Of a DNA stretch of 64,000 nucleotides, positions 51,266 to 61,377 are shown in pieces (position 1 is the first letter of the stretch; each line of letters starts with the position of its first letter). This stretch comes from a virus: positions 112,871-176,870 of IMG/VR virus record IMGVR_UViG_3300005529_000023; one strand, given 5' to 3'. Made by a program: the position numbers and the translations under genes. The notes below the pieces were generated by a model. It was not told the origin of the DNA and did not search any database. It saw only the letters and a program-made list of their open reading frames with translations.

Positions 51266-53284
51266 TCACTCATTGGCCTCGTATTTCGCATTGATATAAA
51301 AGGCCAATTCGCCAACATGTCTTGAGTAATGTTCCACTTCGTAAGCGAGCGGATATTGCTTGGAAATCAGTTTCGCAAGCTTCTCGTCTTTCTCTTTGAA
51401 AGCCTTATACTCCTTGCTCTGCCTAACCTTGATTTTCATGACCTCGGGCATCGCCACGCGCTTGTCGGACTCTCCAATGGCTTTATATTCTTTAACCATC
51501 TCCGTCAGGAAGGGATCTTTGAGTCCCTTGAGACCGCTGAGAACCCCAATGACTCCGCCATTTCTCGCTTCGCTGTGAGCAATAGCCTTTACGTCGCAAT
51601 CGGTCGGAGTGAAGTTGTCGAGCCATTCCTTGAGAGGCTTGAAGTTCTTGTTGCCTTCAACCATCTTGGCGGCTCGCGGAGCGAGTCCACAGATTCTCAA
51701 GCCCTTTTGCCTAAGATAGCTGTCCAACTCTCGAAGATCGCCTTTCACTTCCCAATCGCCATCGTTGACTTGGACATACAGCCACTTTTGGATGTTGTCA
51801 TCGAGCGTCGTGTACGTGTGGCGATCGAGCCCATAACCAGGGCAGTGCATGCAAAATTCGGTTTTGCCGCGCGTGACCTTGGCACGCTGTTCTTTGGGGA
51901 CTTCCGTATAGGTAATGCTTTGGAAATCCTTGATCTGCAATTCCTTGATTACCTGATCAAGCGAAGCCATATCGCCATTCAAAGGCTCAAGTAGGAGCAA
52001 ATGAGTCGTGTTCTTGTGATACTCCCTAACCCTTTTGTTCTGGACCACAGGAGTTTCTGTGGCCTTGAGATAGAAAGTGTGCGGAAAATGCGCGATATCG
52101 ATTTCCCTTCTGATCTCGCTTAACTCCTGTTTCGTAATCTTCTCCACTCGGCGCCCGTACTTGCCGGTGCAATGAATGACAGTCATCTTGACCTTTTTAA
52201 GCAAGGGGTTGACCAGCATCGTGCCCTTCATCTCGTACTCTCCGTATTTAATGAAGCCACCCTCCAAGTGGAAGTCTTTGGACATCTCAAGATACGTGGA
52301 CACGTAATCGCCAGCGGTCTGTACCTTGGCAAAACCAGACTGAATGAATGTCTTGAGTTCGAGCATCACTTTGGTGCCCATTCTCTCAAGCGCATTGACA
52401 GTGAAAGGGCTGTCGCTGATCGATTCGCGAGAGGCGCCCAATTCGACAATGCCAGTGCCGAAGTGGAGAACCAAGCGGCGGCGCGGGATCTGTCGCGCCT
52501 TATTCAGCTTGGGACACTTTTGGAGCAGCTTTTCAGTGACCGGGTAAGGAATTCCATCGATCACGCAAAGCGGGCGATTGTCGTAATCGTCTCCACCACT
52601 CACATAGCTGGGGAGAGCATTGCGATCGATGATTTCGATGTGATCGCTCACCATGGTGCCCTGAACAAGGGTAGGCACTTCCATACCCTTGACAGTCGGC
52701 TTGTCCTTCCAGAAGTAAATCGCACGCGAGACGGCGCGCTCAAACTCTCGCACGTCATCGGGCCGAACGGCAATTTGAACCTCGGTGCCGTTTTCCTCGT
52801 CTGTGGTCTCGGTTTTCATCAGATCGATGGCGCCCGAATTATTGCCCGTATGGGCCAGATAGGTGCGTTTCACGCCGTCAATATACGTGACGATGGTAAA
52901 GCTATCCGTGTAGCTCCACGCGCTCTTTCCACCAATGCCGAAGCCGCCCGTTTGGACATTGCTGTCAGTTTTGGTGCTATCGCCATAATACGTAAACACG
53001 TTATTGATACGCTCGGGCGACATGCCAGGGCCAAAGTCACGGATGCTGAGAAGAGGATTGAGACGGGTAGGCACCGTGATCTCGAAGCCGTTGCCCTTGC
53101 CCACTTCGCGCATCGCATCGCGAGCGTTGCAAATGTATTCCTGGGTCAAAGTCTGCTCTTTGGTCTCATACATCTTATCGCGCAAGATCATGATGATCTT
53201 TTCTGCGTTGTTGATGCTGAACTTGCGAGACTCCCTGTTCTCAACATTCGTCTCAAGCCTGTTAGCAGATTCTTGCAGTTTCAT
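51266..53284 (-). CDS. rIIA: rIIA-like protein (GHKL ATPase N-terminus)
   Basis: EYICNARDA, IRDFGPGM, STK......GGFGIG.KS; upstream of rIIB. Confidence 0.9.
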   Translation of the reverse strand: MKLQESANRLETNVENRESRKFSINNAEKIIMILRDKMYETKEQTLTQEYICNARDAMREVGKGNGFEITVPTRLNPLLSIRDFGPGMSPERINNVFTYYGDSTKTDSNVQTGGFGIGGKSAWSYTDSFTIVTYIDGVKRTYLAHTGNNSGAIDLMKTETTDEENGTEVQIAVRPDDVREFERAVSRAIYFWKDKPTVKGMEVPTLVQGTMVSDHIEIIDRNALPSYVSGGDDYDNRPLCVIDGIPYPVTEKLLQKCPKLNKARQIPRRRLVLHFGTGIVELGASRESISDSPFTVNALERMGTKVMLELKTFIQSGFAKVQTAGDYVSTYLEMSKDFHLEGGFIKYGEYEMKGTMLVNPLLKKVKMTVIHCTGKYGRRVEKITKQELSEIRREIDIAHFPHTFYLKATETPVVQNKRVREYHKNTTHLLLLEPLNGDMASLDQVIKELQIKDFQSITYTEVPKEQRAKVTRGKTEFCMHCPGYGLDRHTYTTLDDNIQKWLYVQVNDGDWEVKGDLRELDSYLRQKGLRICGLAPRAAKMVEGNKNFKPLKEWLDNFTPTDCDVKAIAHSEARNGGVIGVLSGLKGLKDPFLTEMVKEYKAIGESDKRVAMPEVMKIKVRQSKEYKAFKEKDEKLAKLISKQYPLAYEVEHYSRHVGELAFYINAKYEANE

Positions 53285-53317
53285 ACGCTCTCCCTTATCA
53301 ACCTTGCAGCTATCTAT

Positions 53318-53389
53318 TGCAGCGGTCGTGCCAGGGCTAAGTACTTAATTTCCTTATTTCGCTATTTGAAAAACATGTAGAACTTTTAG
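53318..53389 (-). promoter_or_regulatory. Sigma54-type promoter with upstream box
   Basis: Minus strand TGGCAC-GACCG-CTGCA at 53318-53333; TGTAGAACTTTTAG at 53376. Confidence 0.6.
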
Positions 53390-53410
53390 TCATTGTCAAA
53401 GACTTAAACA

Positions 53411-54004
53411 CTAATGACTGATCTGGCAGTTAGCTTTGACTGTAAAATCACAAGGCGCACTGGTAGACGTTGAAGCGTAATAGCCGGGCACCACTTCAGA
53501 GAGCCACGCATTACGGCCATCCCAATATACGGCGTATAGATCGCTGCCAAGACATAACCCAAACTCAGGAAAGCTGCTTGGATATGTCGTGGTATAGCCT
53601 GCGCAGAATTGTACCGCGCTCACTGGCGTGGCGTCTGTTCCATCGCGGCCTTGATTGCCTTGCGCGCCTGTTTGGCCTACTGAACCGTTGCATACGAGGA
53701 TAGAAGTTTGCTCGGGATCATTGGACTCCCATCGGCCTGTATTGGCTGCGTCTTGAGCCATAAGAATAATAGTGCCTGAAATATCGCTGCCGTCTGGATT
53801 TTGACCGCAAGATCCGGCAGGCGGCTGTGTCGCTGTAGACACAATAGAGTAACCGTTCTGTCCAGCTTGGCCTTGCGCGCCCGTATCCCCCTTCGCGCCG
53901 GGCGGACCACCACAGCCAGATAAGCTAATTGCGATTGCAATGCCGCCCACAAATAGGACTAAGCTTGCTGCGATCTTTTCTTCTCTGTCAACTTTGGCAA
54001 ACAT
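53411..54004 (-). CDS. Collagen-like lipoprotein
   Basis: Lipobox SLSGC, two G-x-y runs, Cys-rich C-terminus. Confidence 0.75.
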   Translation of the reverse strand: MFAKVDREEKIAASLVLFVGGIAIAISLSGCGGPPGAKGDTGAQGQAGQNGYSIVSTATQPPAGSCGQNPDGSDISGTIILMAQDAANTGRWESNDPEQTSILVCNGSVGQTGAQGNQGRDGTDATPVSAVQFCAGYTTTYPSSFPEFGLCLGSDLYAVYWDGRNAWLSEVVPGYYASTSTSAPCDFTVKANCQISH

Positions 54005-54129
54005 TGGTCACATCCTTTAGCTAACAGAGTAGCAAAATAAGACAATAAGAGTCAACTAAACAAAAAGGCCAGATAGCTAACAGCTACCTGGCCCAGTTTC
54101 AAGTTTCAAATTTTAAATATCACATCACA

Positions 54130-54693
54130 TCAGCTTGAGACGCGATCAATCGCTGTGTGAAGCGTTGCGATCTCGTCTCGCGTGATGTCGCTGGGCAGAT
54201 TGATCTCAACAACTCCCTCGCGCAAGGGAATACAGAGCACCTTGCTTTTCGTCTTCTTCTGCCGCTTTCCATTGGCCTCTACCTTCGCCCTCACAGGCTT
54301 TACCTGCGAAGGCTTGGGCCGTTGCTGTCTCTCAACCGCTGTGCTGGTCTCTTGATCAAGCGTGCCGTCCATCATCGCTTGAGAGAGCCCCTTGAGAGAG
54401 TAATGCAACGCGAATCGGTCTGGATTCCCTCGGCGCCCGTAAACGATGGAACCAACTCCAAGCGCTTGCAGATCCTTCCAGTACTTCGTGTACTCAGCTT
54501 CGATCACTTTCCTGCCTTCGCGGACCATCTCCATTCGCGTGCGCCGGATATCCACAAATGGGCGGTTACGACCTTGTTTTTCTCCATTGAAAAACCTATC
54601 GTGAAAATACTCGGCGACTGCGTATGCTGTCTCCGAGGCATGGGCCACTTCCATGAGACCCTTTCCTAACTCCTTCGCATCTACATTCTTCAT
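54130..54693 (-). CDS. Hypothetical protein
   Basis: 187 aa, GAGGA SD. Confidence 0.7.
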   Translation of the reverse strand: MKNVDAKELGKGLMEVAHASETAYAVAEYFHDRFFNGEKQGRNRPFVDIRRTRMEMVREGRKVIEAEYTKYWKDLQALGVGSIVYGRRGNPDRFALHYSLKGLSQAMMDGTLDQETSTAVERQQRPKPSQVKPVRAKVEANGKRQKKTKSKVLCIPLREGVVEINLPSDITRDEIATLHTAIDRVSS

Positions 54694-54841
54694 TTTATTC
54701 CTCGTAGGTTACTGTGTTTTCGACATCAGTATTTTAGGTGGGTTTTCTTTTTGCGGAGGCTTTGTCCTCCGATGTCATAGCTAGGTTGTACTATTTTCTA
54801 CTCTCTGCGTCAATATTATTTCATGAGTCAAATGAAATTTC

Positions 54842-55177
54842 TTAATTTAGTAGATTCATTAGCGTATCTAAATCAAATGGCTTCTTGACTAGATGATCGG
54901 GCTTAAATCGCTTTGCCAGCTTATCTGCGCAAGAAAGGGCAGTCATCATTACAATACGAGGAACTTTGTTCTGACGACGGCAGTGTTCGAAAATGTCGCT
55001 CGCCAATCGTCCGTCCATCAGCATATCAAGCAAAACTAAGTCAGGGCACCCATCATCGATTTTGTCAAGTGCTAGCTGTACTGTATCAGCTTCGTCGTAT
55101 TCTACCCCAACGATATCGCAAACGTGTGCCAGCATACGCCTTATAGAGGCGTCATCCTCCACAATCAATACCCTCAT
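54842..55177 (-). CDS. Stand-alone response regulator receiver (CheY-like)
   Basis: VLIVEDD, DLVLLDMLM, MMTA, KPF. Confidence 0.9.
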   Translation of the reverse strand: MRVLIVEDDASIRRMLAHVCDIVGVEYDEADTVQLALDKIDDGCPDLVLLDMLMDGRLASDIFEHCRRQNKVPRIVMMTALSCADKLAKRFKPDHLVKKPFDLDTLMNLLN

Positions 55178-55279
55178 TTAGGCCGTCCCCTTTCGAGCGA
55201 ATCGGCCAACTACTATGAAATGTTTTGTGAGTAAAGAAGAAATTGGGGCGCCCGGATTAGGGGCGCCCCGTGAAGCGAT

Positions 55280-55444
55280 CTAGTTGATCAGATGATACTC
55301 GTCGCAGAAGATCTCAACGTGATCCTCTCCGACCAGGGCAATGCCGTTTTCTACGTCTACCCAAATCGACATGTTCTCCAACACGACGATTTCCTGCCCG
55401 TCCTTATGGTACGAGATTTCTTTCTTGACAATGGCCTCACGCAT
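55280..55444 (-). CDS. Small hypothetical protein
   Basis: Likely start MREAIV. Confidence 0.5.
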   Translation of the reverse strand: MREAIVKKEISYHKDGQEIVVLENMSIWVDVENGIALVGEDHVEIFCDEYHLIN

Positions 55445-55831
55445 TTTCGGCTCTTTGGTAAGCCTATTCTGCGATGACGTTTGATTGATCTCGTTGTCCT
55501 GCATACGTGCTGCTAATCCCATAGGTTTATCCTTCTCGGCTGAATCACACAGCGTTATTGCCATGTGACCTCTTGAGACCAGTATGGGATACCCGATCGG
55601 TTTGATCAAGCGAAAAATAAATGCACCACGTCATAACAACTCATCCTATTGAATTGATAAGTCGATTTTCATTTTAAAGCTGCTCGCTTTCTGCAAATAA
55701 AGTATCCGTTCCATAACTTCAAATATGACTATGCATTTTGGATTAAATTTACGATTTTGCTTGACATGATTTGGGCGGAATTTCGGCCATAGAAATCACG
55801 TCCATACTGGTACCATTCGTGTCAAGAGAAA

Positions 55832-56140
55832 TCATAAAACATGCAAGGATTGTGCCAATTTCTGACAGCACTTCTTTTCACATTTAGTCATGTCCATCTT
55901 AAATCCCTCGTTGAGGCATTTCGGACAGCGTAGCCAGTCCTCTAAAACTTCGCCGCGAAGCATCGCCACATTGAAGTTGTTGTCTATTAGGAATACGTAG
56001 CCTGACTCAGTGTTTAGCTCGACACATACTTTGGCCCCTAGTTTCTCTGTGTGATCTAAGTCCGTATGGAGCGTTGACAGCAAACGAGCGGCGATGCTAA
56101 GCTGCGATCGGTCGAAGTCCATTAGATCGCGCGTGTTCAT
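55832..56140 (-). CDS. Hypothetical protein
   Basis: 102 aa; ATG 6 nt after TAGACT-17-TATCCT (possibly leaderless). Confidence 0.65.
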   Translation of the reverse strand: MNTRDLMDFDRSQLSIAARLLSTLHTDLDHTEKLGAKVCVELNTESGYVFLIDNNFNVAMLRGEVLEDWLRCPKCLNEGFKMDMTKCEKKCCQKLAQSLHVL

Positions 56141-56262
56141 GGCGCTAGGATAACGCTGTGTCTTACTTTAGTCTAGTGTGTCGGAGGGGAAGCGGCCAGT
56201 ACAGCGCTTTTTGGATGTCCGAACGGACACGCCATACTGGCCGCTTGAGAGACTGTGGAAAA

Positions 56263-56457
56263 TTACAAGAGACCGAGTGCCTTTTGTTCCTCGCTGGTTA
56301 GTTTCTTCAGAGCACGCTTTTTGACATTCTCCAAGCGAATTTGTTCGCGCTTTTCCTTTTTGAGCGCTGTGATCTGAGTTTCCAAATCCTTAATGCGCTC
56401 ATCGATCGTAGGCTGTGGCGTGATAGAATATCCACCGCTATATCTTTTCTCTCCCAT
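56263..56457 (-). CDS. Small coiled-coil protein
   Basis: 64 aa, AGGAGG SD. Confidence 0.65.
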   Translation of the reverse strand: MGEKRYSGGYSITPQPTIDERIKDLETQITALKKEKREQIRLENVKKRALKKLTSEEQKALGLL

Positions 56458-56745
56458 ACTATCCTCCTAAAAACGGAAGTTCTTCGATCTCAATTTCCAA
56501 TTCTGACTTTGCCGTTACAGGCATTGAAAACAAAACCCTTCGCCTGTCGCAAATGATACATTGACAAACCTCAATCGGTGCGCGAGTGCCAATGCACACC
56601 ACAACAGAAAGGATAGAGGGCTCGGCCTGTGTTTCCGAGTCTTCGGGCGGTCCAGCGAGGCTTTCGCCTTGGCTGCCGTTTCCATGTCTGCCAGCGCACG
56701 TCGAGTCGCATTTCTCAGCGACACCCTCTGTTTTCTTTTCCATAA

Positions 56746-57039
56746 TCAGCTTGCCTTTGGCATTGTGTTGAATGTTAATTTGCTAAAATCGGCGGCCCAT
56801 ACATCGAATACCGACACGATTTTCCATGGCCCAACGGTATCGCCAGCTTTCTTCCAATGGAAAGCGATTCTGAATTCGGGAGGCATTGATTCAAAAGCTG
56901 AGACATGGAACATGGGGCCAGTCGGAGAATCTTGTTTGAACACCACGAAAGTCTCGAAGTCCACAACTTCTGCCTTAGTGAAAGATCCTTCTTTCACGAG
57001 TTTTTCGATGTTCTTTGCGATGTCCGAAACGTTTTGCAT
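56746..57039 (-). CDS. Hypothetical protein
   Basis: 97 aa, AAGGAG SD. Confidence 0.65.
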   Translation of the reverse strand: MQNVSDIAKNIEKLVKEGSFTKAEVVDFETFVVFKQDSPTGPMFHVSAFESMPPEFRIAFHWKKAGDTVGPWKIVSVFDVWAADFSKLTFNTMPKAS

Positions 57040-57078
57040 GTCTAACTCCTTTTAGCAATCTTCACGTCTTATACTTAG

Positions 57079-57094
57079 TGCATCGTCTGTGCCA
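57079..57094 (-). promoter_or_regulatory. Sigma54-type promoter
   Basis: Minus strand TGGCAC-AGACG-ATGCA. Confidence 0.55.
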
Positions 57095-57146
57095 GCGCTA
57101 ACTACTTAATTTCCTTATTGCGCTGTTCTCTAAATATGACTATCTT

Positions 57147-57491
57147 TTAAACAGTGATCAATTCTTGTTCACCCTTATCCGAAAAACACTTTTGAGATTC
57201 AAACTTTACCTCTGGAATTTCAATGTCCCCCAGGCTGCTATTACAGATAGGGCACATTCGCGGTGTATTCTTTTGTTTCTTTAGCGCACGTTCAAAGTTG
57301 CGATCTCCGCCGCGCCACACGCGCACCAACTTCCAGCCAACGCCAGCCTGTTTCAATACTTCGAGCAGACGGGCGCCCTGACCCTTTGCATGCGCTTGCA
57401 TTCGTGGCTCTAGGTTTCCAGTGCCCTCGCAAAAGCCAATGTAGTGCTTGGCGTGCTTGTATGGCTTATCGAAGTGAATGAGGTACACCAT
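57147..57491 (-). CDS. GIY-YIG nuclease-like protein
   Basis: VYLIHF...HYIGF...R...H..G.GARL. Confidence 0.7.
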   Translation of the reverse strand: MVYLIHFDKPYKHAKHYIGFCEGTGNLEPRMQAHAKGQGARLLEVLKQAGVGWKLVRVWRGGDRNFERALKKQKNTPRMCPICNSSLGDIEIPEVKFESQKCFSDKGEQELITV

Positions 57492-57829
57492 TATTTGATC
57501 ACCAGTTTTTCATATTTCGCGCTAACTTTACCCGTTTGAACTAGCTCAATTCGCGCGGCAACTCGATCGCGTAACTCTAACGTCCGATCCGTGATCGGTA
57601 AGCGCATGACCTCAGCCAAACACCATTGCAAGATGTCTACTTGCGCCTTCTTTATCGGCCTATCCTTGGAGCGATTGCGTTTGACTTTCTTCTTATCCAG
57701 CAAATTCAACTTCGCTTTTATGCAATCACCTAGTTGATAAGGATGTGTAGTCGAACTGTTATAGATATCCGCTACTTCAGCGGCGAAGCTAACTCCCTTT
57801 TCAAAAGCGATCTTTTCTTTGGCTGTCAT
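57491..57829 (-). CDS. Hypothetical protein
   Basis: 112 aa, CAGGAG SD. Confidence 0.65.
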   Translation of the reverse strand: MTAKEKIAFEKGVSFAAEVADIYNSSTTHPYQLGDCIKAKLNLLDKKKVKRNRSKDRPIKKAQVDILQWCLAEVMRLPITDRTLELRDRVAARIELVQTGKVSAKYEKLVIK

Positions 57830-57879
57830 AATTCACTCCTGACTTATTTTATTTAACGCAGTAAAAACTGACCCACTCC

Positions 57880-58167
57880 CTATCGCCTCTTGACTTGGCC
57901 CTTTCCATTGCAGGCACCGCATGGAGGGCTGCCATTGTGGTCGTAGTAACCTGATCCGCTGCATGCGCTGCAAGTCTCGAAGCGGCTTTCCTTTTCGACT
58001 AGCAAGATCAAAGCCTTTTTGCCCCCATTAGCGTAGCCGCCCACTTCAAAAGTTCCTTCGATCGAGTCATCATTGTACGATTCGATATCGCCTTGCAACT
58101 CAACTTCTTTATCGCCTTGCTTTAGTAGTAAATCCTGCAACTCTGCAATGAACGTGGATAACCGCAT
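57880..58167 (-). CDS. Hypothetical protein with DnaJ-type Zn finger
   Basis: CSACSGSG...CGACNGKG. Confidence 0.7.
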   Translation of the reverse strand: MRLSTFIAELQDLLLKQGDKEVELQGDIESYNDDSIEGTFEVGGYANGGKKALILLVEKESRFETCSACSGSGYYDHNGSPPCGACNGKGQVKRR

Positions 58168-58181
58168 TTATTCCGCCTTTC

Positions 58182-58409
58182 CTATTGGTTTGGACGAATT
58201 GCAATCTCGTAAAAATGTTCAATTTCCTCGCATAGAAACCATCGATAAACTGTGCTTGAAGAGTCAAACCATGCGATAGCGTAATACCATGCCACTCCGT
58301 TCCAGACGTATGCCATGATTCGACCCTGTGCTCCGCCTGATCCCGGCGTTGCGTTCTTGATGATATCGTTTATCTTGAATTTCAGTTTTGGCAGTTTCAT
58401 AAAATTCAC
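58182..58409 (-). CDS. Hypothetical protein
   Basis: 75 aa, CAGGAG SD. Confidence 0.55.
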   Translation of the reverse strand: MNFMKLPKLKFKINDIIKNATPGSGGAQGRIMAYVWNGVAWYYAIAWFDSSSTVYRWFLCEEIEHFYEIAIRPNQ

Positions 58410-58417
58410 TCCTGGGT

Positions 58418-58756
58418 TTAGTTTCGCTGAGACGCTAAAAATAGCTCCCTGGTAGGAGAAAACAGTTTAGCGACAAAGCGCTTTAGAAAGTTATCTGATC
58501 GGTGCAATTGCATCAAACAAGCGCTGTCCAGCTTGATTTGTCTATTACCTCGCAGGACCATATGCACGAGATGTTCGGCATCCTTCAAGACTTCCACCAT
58601 TAGGTGTCTGGTGTGAATCGAGAATGGGTCAGCTTGCTTTAATGACTCTAGCTCTACAAGTAACAAAGCCGCTTGCTTATCCAATTTCTTGATCACGTTG
58701 ATTTGGTGTATGTCTGCTTTGACTCTAGCCTCTGGGATCGATATTTTCCTAGCCAT
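58418..58756 (-). CDS. Hypothetical protein
   Basis: 112 aa, CAGGAG SD. Confidence 0.6.
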   Translation of the reverse strand: MARKISIPEARVKADIHQINVIKKLDKQAALLLVELESLKQADPFSIHTRHLMVEVLKDAEHLVHMVLRGNRQIKLDSACLMQLHRSDNFLKRFVAKLFSPTRELFLASQRN

Positions 58757-58808
58757 AATTCACTCCTGACTTTAGTTTTCCCTAACACTCAAAAATTGAC
58801 CCGCTCCC

Positions 58809-59435
58809 CTAGCTAGCTCCCCATCCACACACATACCAATAGGTTTTGTCTGACTTGGCTAAAGCGGCGCTTAGTGCGCTTTTTTCGAGCGTTGCAAGTC
58901 TCTCATTCGCCTTATTTAGCTTAGCTTGCAAACTCTCAACGCGCCTTAAGAGGGAACGCGCCGCGAGACTTTCGCCACACACTGCGCAGCTATCCGTAAT
59001 GCTCGAAAGGTACCGCGCTGCAAGGCGAGACTTGCAATTACGGCATGTCATATATTGACAGGATAGCCGCGCTGCCTTGTATCCCTCAAGGGCCGATCCA
59101 TGGGCATTTCGCAGTGTATCGCGCAACGTTTTGACTGTGGCGCGAAGTTTTTCAATTGCCTTAGTCGGCTTAGGCGCGTCGATTTTTTTGACGCGAACGG
59201 CGATGACGTTTTCCCATTTTTGTGCATTTTTTAGACAATAATCCTGTGCAAGGGATTCAGTGTCAAAAACTTTGTCGCCATGATTATCAACTCTATTGAC
59301 AGTTTGAAAATCGCCCGAATAACGTCCATGCCCGTTTTCCTGTGCGTCTGATTCGCGCCGCGTCTTGAACGCGTCGCGCACCGCGCTAAAAGGCTGTGAG
59401 CCGTCCACAGTAAAACTAATGTCATGTGCTCCCAT
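58809..59435 (-). CDS. Zn-finger / coiled-coil hypothetical protein
   Basis: CRNC...CAVC with flanking heptads. Confidence 0.7.
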   Translation of the reverse strand: MGAHDISFTVDGSQPFSAVRDAFKTRRESDAQENGHGRYSGDFQTVNRVDNHGDKVFDTESLAQDYCLKNAQKWENVIAVRVKKIDAPKPTKAIEKLRATVKTLRDTLRNAHGSALEGYKAARLSCQYMTCRNCKSRLAARYLSSITDSCAVCGESLAARSLLRRVESLQAKLNKANERLATLEKSALSAALAKSDKTYWYVCGWGAS

Positions 59436-59514
59436 AAATATTCCTATCGAAAAAACAGTTTTAAGATAGGGTCCGGGTAGGATACTCTTTTAACCCGGAC
59501 CCCTATCCCGCGCC

Positions 59515-59790
59515 TTAGACAACGGCGAACGTTCGCCCGTCCATTGTGAGACTCCGCAACGTGTCTAGTCTGATCATCCGATAATCACGTTTTGTCAGAT
59601 CAAAAACGGGTATCATATTCAATTCGCTAGGGTCATATGACAGCGTTCCGCCTTTAAGGTGTTTTTTGACCCCGAGACGGCAAGTCATTTTCCTTATTGA
59701 TCCGTCGCCTTTGACAAATTCGCATGAGAAAATTGACCCATTGCTAGACTTGATCAATTTTTCAGCGTTTTCAAATGTGATCTTTAGCAT
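59515..59790 (-). CDS. SH3-fold (DUF2693 / WYL-like) phage protein
   Basis: F.K.DGSIR.M..RLGV...K.G...YD....I.VFD....YR.I. Confidence 0.65.
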   Translation of the reverse strand: MLKITFENAEKLIKSSNGSIFSCEFVKGDGSIRKMTCRLGVKKHLKGGTLSYDPSELNMIPVFDLTKRDYRMIRLDTLRSLTMDGRTFAVV

Positions 59791-59968
59791 TTGTTTTTTC
59801 CTTTCGTTTTATTAACAGACTCCAATAACTCAAAATGTGATCCCTTGCAGTACCGCTTAACGAGAGAATGACTTGATTTTCAGCGTCATCTTTGTTTTTC
59901 GCCCTCACGTTAAAGGTACTAGTGTCGCCATTGACCCAAGCAATAATGACGCGGTATGATTTAGCCAT
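59771..59968 (-). CDS. Hypothetical protein
   Basis: 65 aa, AAGGTG SD. Confidence 0.55.
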   Translation of the reverse strand: MAKSYRVIIAWVNGDTSTFNVRAKNKDDAENQVILSLSGTARDHILSYWSLLIKRKEKTNAKDHI

Positions 59969-60015
59969 AAATCACCTTATCCTTTCGATTGACCCATTGG
60001 GTCCGTTTAGACAGT

Positions 60016-60297
60016 TTAATCCCTGTCAATCTCGTAATCAGTATCAAATGCCGACGCGCCACAGCATGAGGACATTCCGCACTGACTGCAAAAACTTGCA
60101 TGATCCTTGCAATCAGAGCATAGGTCAATGTCTACTGTGCCATTTTCGTCACACTCATGCTCTGTGTCATCTTTAACACACTGCGTTTCATCTGGCCTAT
60201 GTTTTCCTGTATGACACGGCCCGCAGGGATACTCGATACAGTGTGTGTCACAGCCGCCTGGGCCATTTGAGACCCAGTTATATTTTATTCTGCTCAT
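60016..60297 (-). CDS. Cys-rich hypothetical protein
   Basis: Likely start MSRIKYNW; many CxxC pairs. Confidence 0.55.
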   Translation of the reverse strand: MSRIKYNWVSNGPGGCDTHCIEYPCGPCHTGKHRPDETQCVKDDTEHECDENGTVDIDLCSDCKDHASFCSQCGMSSCCGASAFDTDYEIDRD

Positions 60298-60298
60298 G

Positions 60299-61120
60299 TT
60301 ATGCTGCCTCTGACTCTGTGTCAGTATCGCCCGTCTCTCTAACAAAGCCAGACGCGTCATGCTTAGCCTTGCCTTTGGCTTTGAGTCCTACCACAACGCC
60401 GCGCCGATCCAAAAACCTTAGGTCGGTATCATCGCCGTTGATCACGTCAAAGCCGAATAGGCGGGCCGGTATGTCCTTTCGAAACACAGCGGCAACGTTA
60501 TGTCCTTTGGCCAAAGCTAGCCGCGCGTCTGAATCATTCGACTCTGAGAGACTAAGGGTCAAATGATAATTCGCGGGAACGGGCATTAGAAAACGTTGCG
60601 CGATTTTCGTATAGTCATAGAATTGAATGTCAGGAAATGACTGGATAATGTCCGTATTCCGTTCCCAAAGGATATCGGACGTTCCGTTGAGACGCACAAC
60701 GGGAGTCAATCCCTTGTTTTTCGCCTTGACGATAAGCGAACGGATTGACTTTTTAATAGCGTCCACGAATCGCGGTGTATCGAAGTGATAAGCAAGTGTC
60801 TTGATCACGCGTTGACGCGTAATCGATCGGAACGCGCCACGGCCCGCCGTGAATAAGCACGCCGCTGCACAGCCTTTCGACGCCATGGGACACATGTTAA
60901 TTCCCGAGAGTTTATAAGGCGCGAGATACATAATACCCGTTAAGTATCCGCGTCCTAATCCCTTTTTTGTTTTCGCGTCTACTGAAAATCCTAATACGCT
61001 CCGATCGTACACCGCTTCAATGTCCCGCATTTTGATCAGAGGCAACGGACCCTTTGGAAACATTTTCCTTAGGTTAACGTTCGCCTGTTTCAAAATCTCG
61101 CATTTCCTTTGAATGTCCAT
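60299..61120 (-). CDS. Gp88-like phage protein
   Basis: CP.AS.GC..ACL..AGRG, VVRLNGTSD, QFYDYTK, GD..DLRFLD. Confidence 0.8.
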   Translation of the reverse strand: MDIQRKCEILKQANVNLRKMFPKGPLPLIKMRDIEAVYDRSVLGFSVDAKTKKGLGRGYLTGIMYLAPYKLSGINMCPMASKGCAAACLFTAGRGAFRSITRQRVIKTLAYHFDTPRFVDAIKKSIRSLIVKAKNKGLTPVVRLNGTSDILWERNTDIIQSFPDIQFYDYTKIAQRFLMPVPANYHLTLSLSESNDSDARLALAKGHNVAAVFRKDIPARLFGFDVINGDDTDLRFLDRRGVVVGLKAKGKAKHDASGFVRETGDTDTESEAA

Positions 61121-61136
61121 GGCTTATTCCCTCTCT

Positions 61137-61370
61137 TTAATCGTTAATATTCCCGTGGACTAGACATGCTTCCATGCCGGCATTGACGGGCTTCCAATTT
61201 TTAGGACGATTACAATAACAGCAATTTTTATCCTTGCCGTCATATCGGTGCGGGCCGACGCCACCGAAATGTGGACGTTCCGCGTTCCAACATTCCAGTA
61301 ACAATTTAGCCATTAAGGTATCGTTATCCTTAATCGTTTTCTTTACTAACGAAACGTTGCGTTTAGTCAT
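61137..61370 (-). CDS. Hypothetical protein
   Basis: 77 aa, AGGTG SD. Confidence 0.55.
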   Translation of the reverse strand: MTKRNVSLVKKTIKDNDTLMAKLLLECWNAERPHFGGVGPHRYDGKDKNCCYCNRPKNWKPVNAGMEACLVHGNIND

Positions 61371-61377
61371 GTTACAC

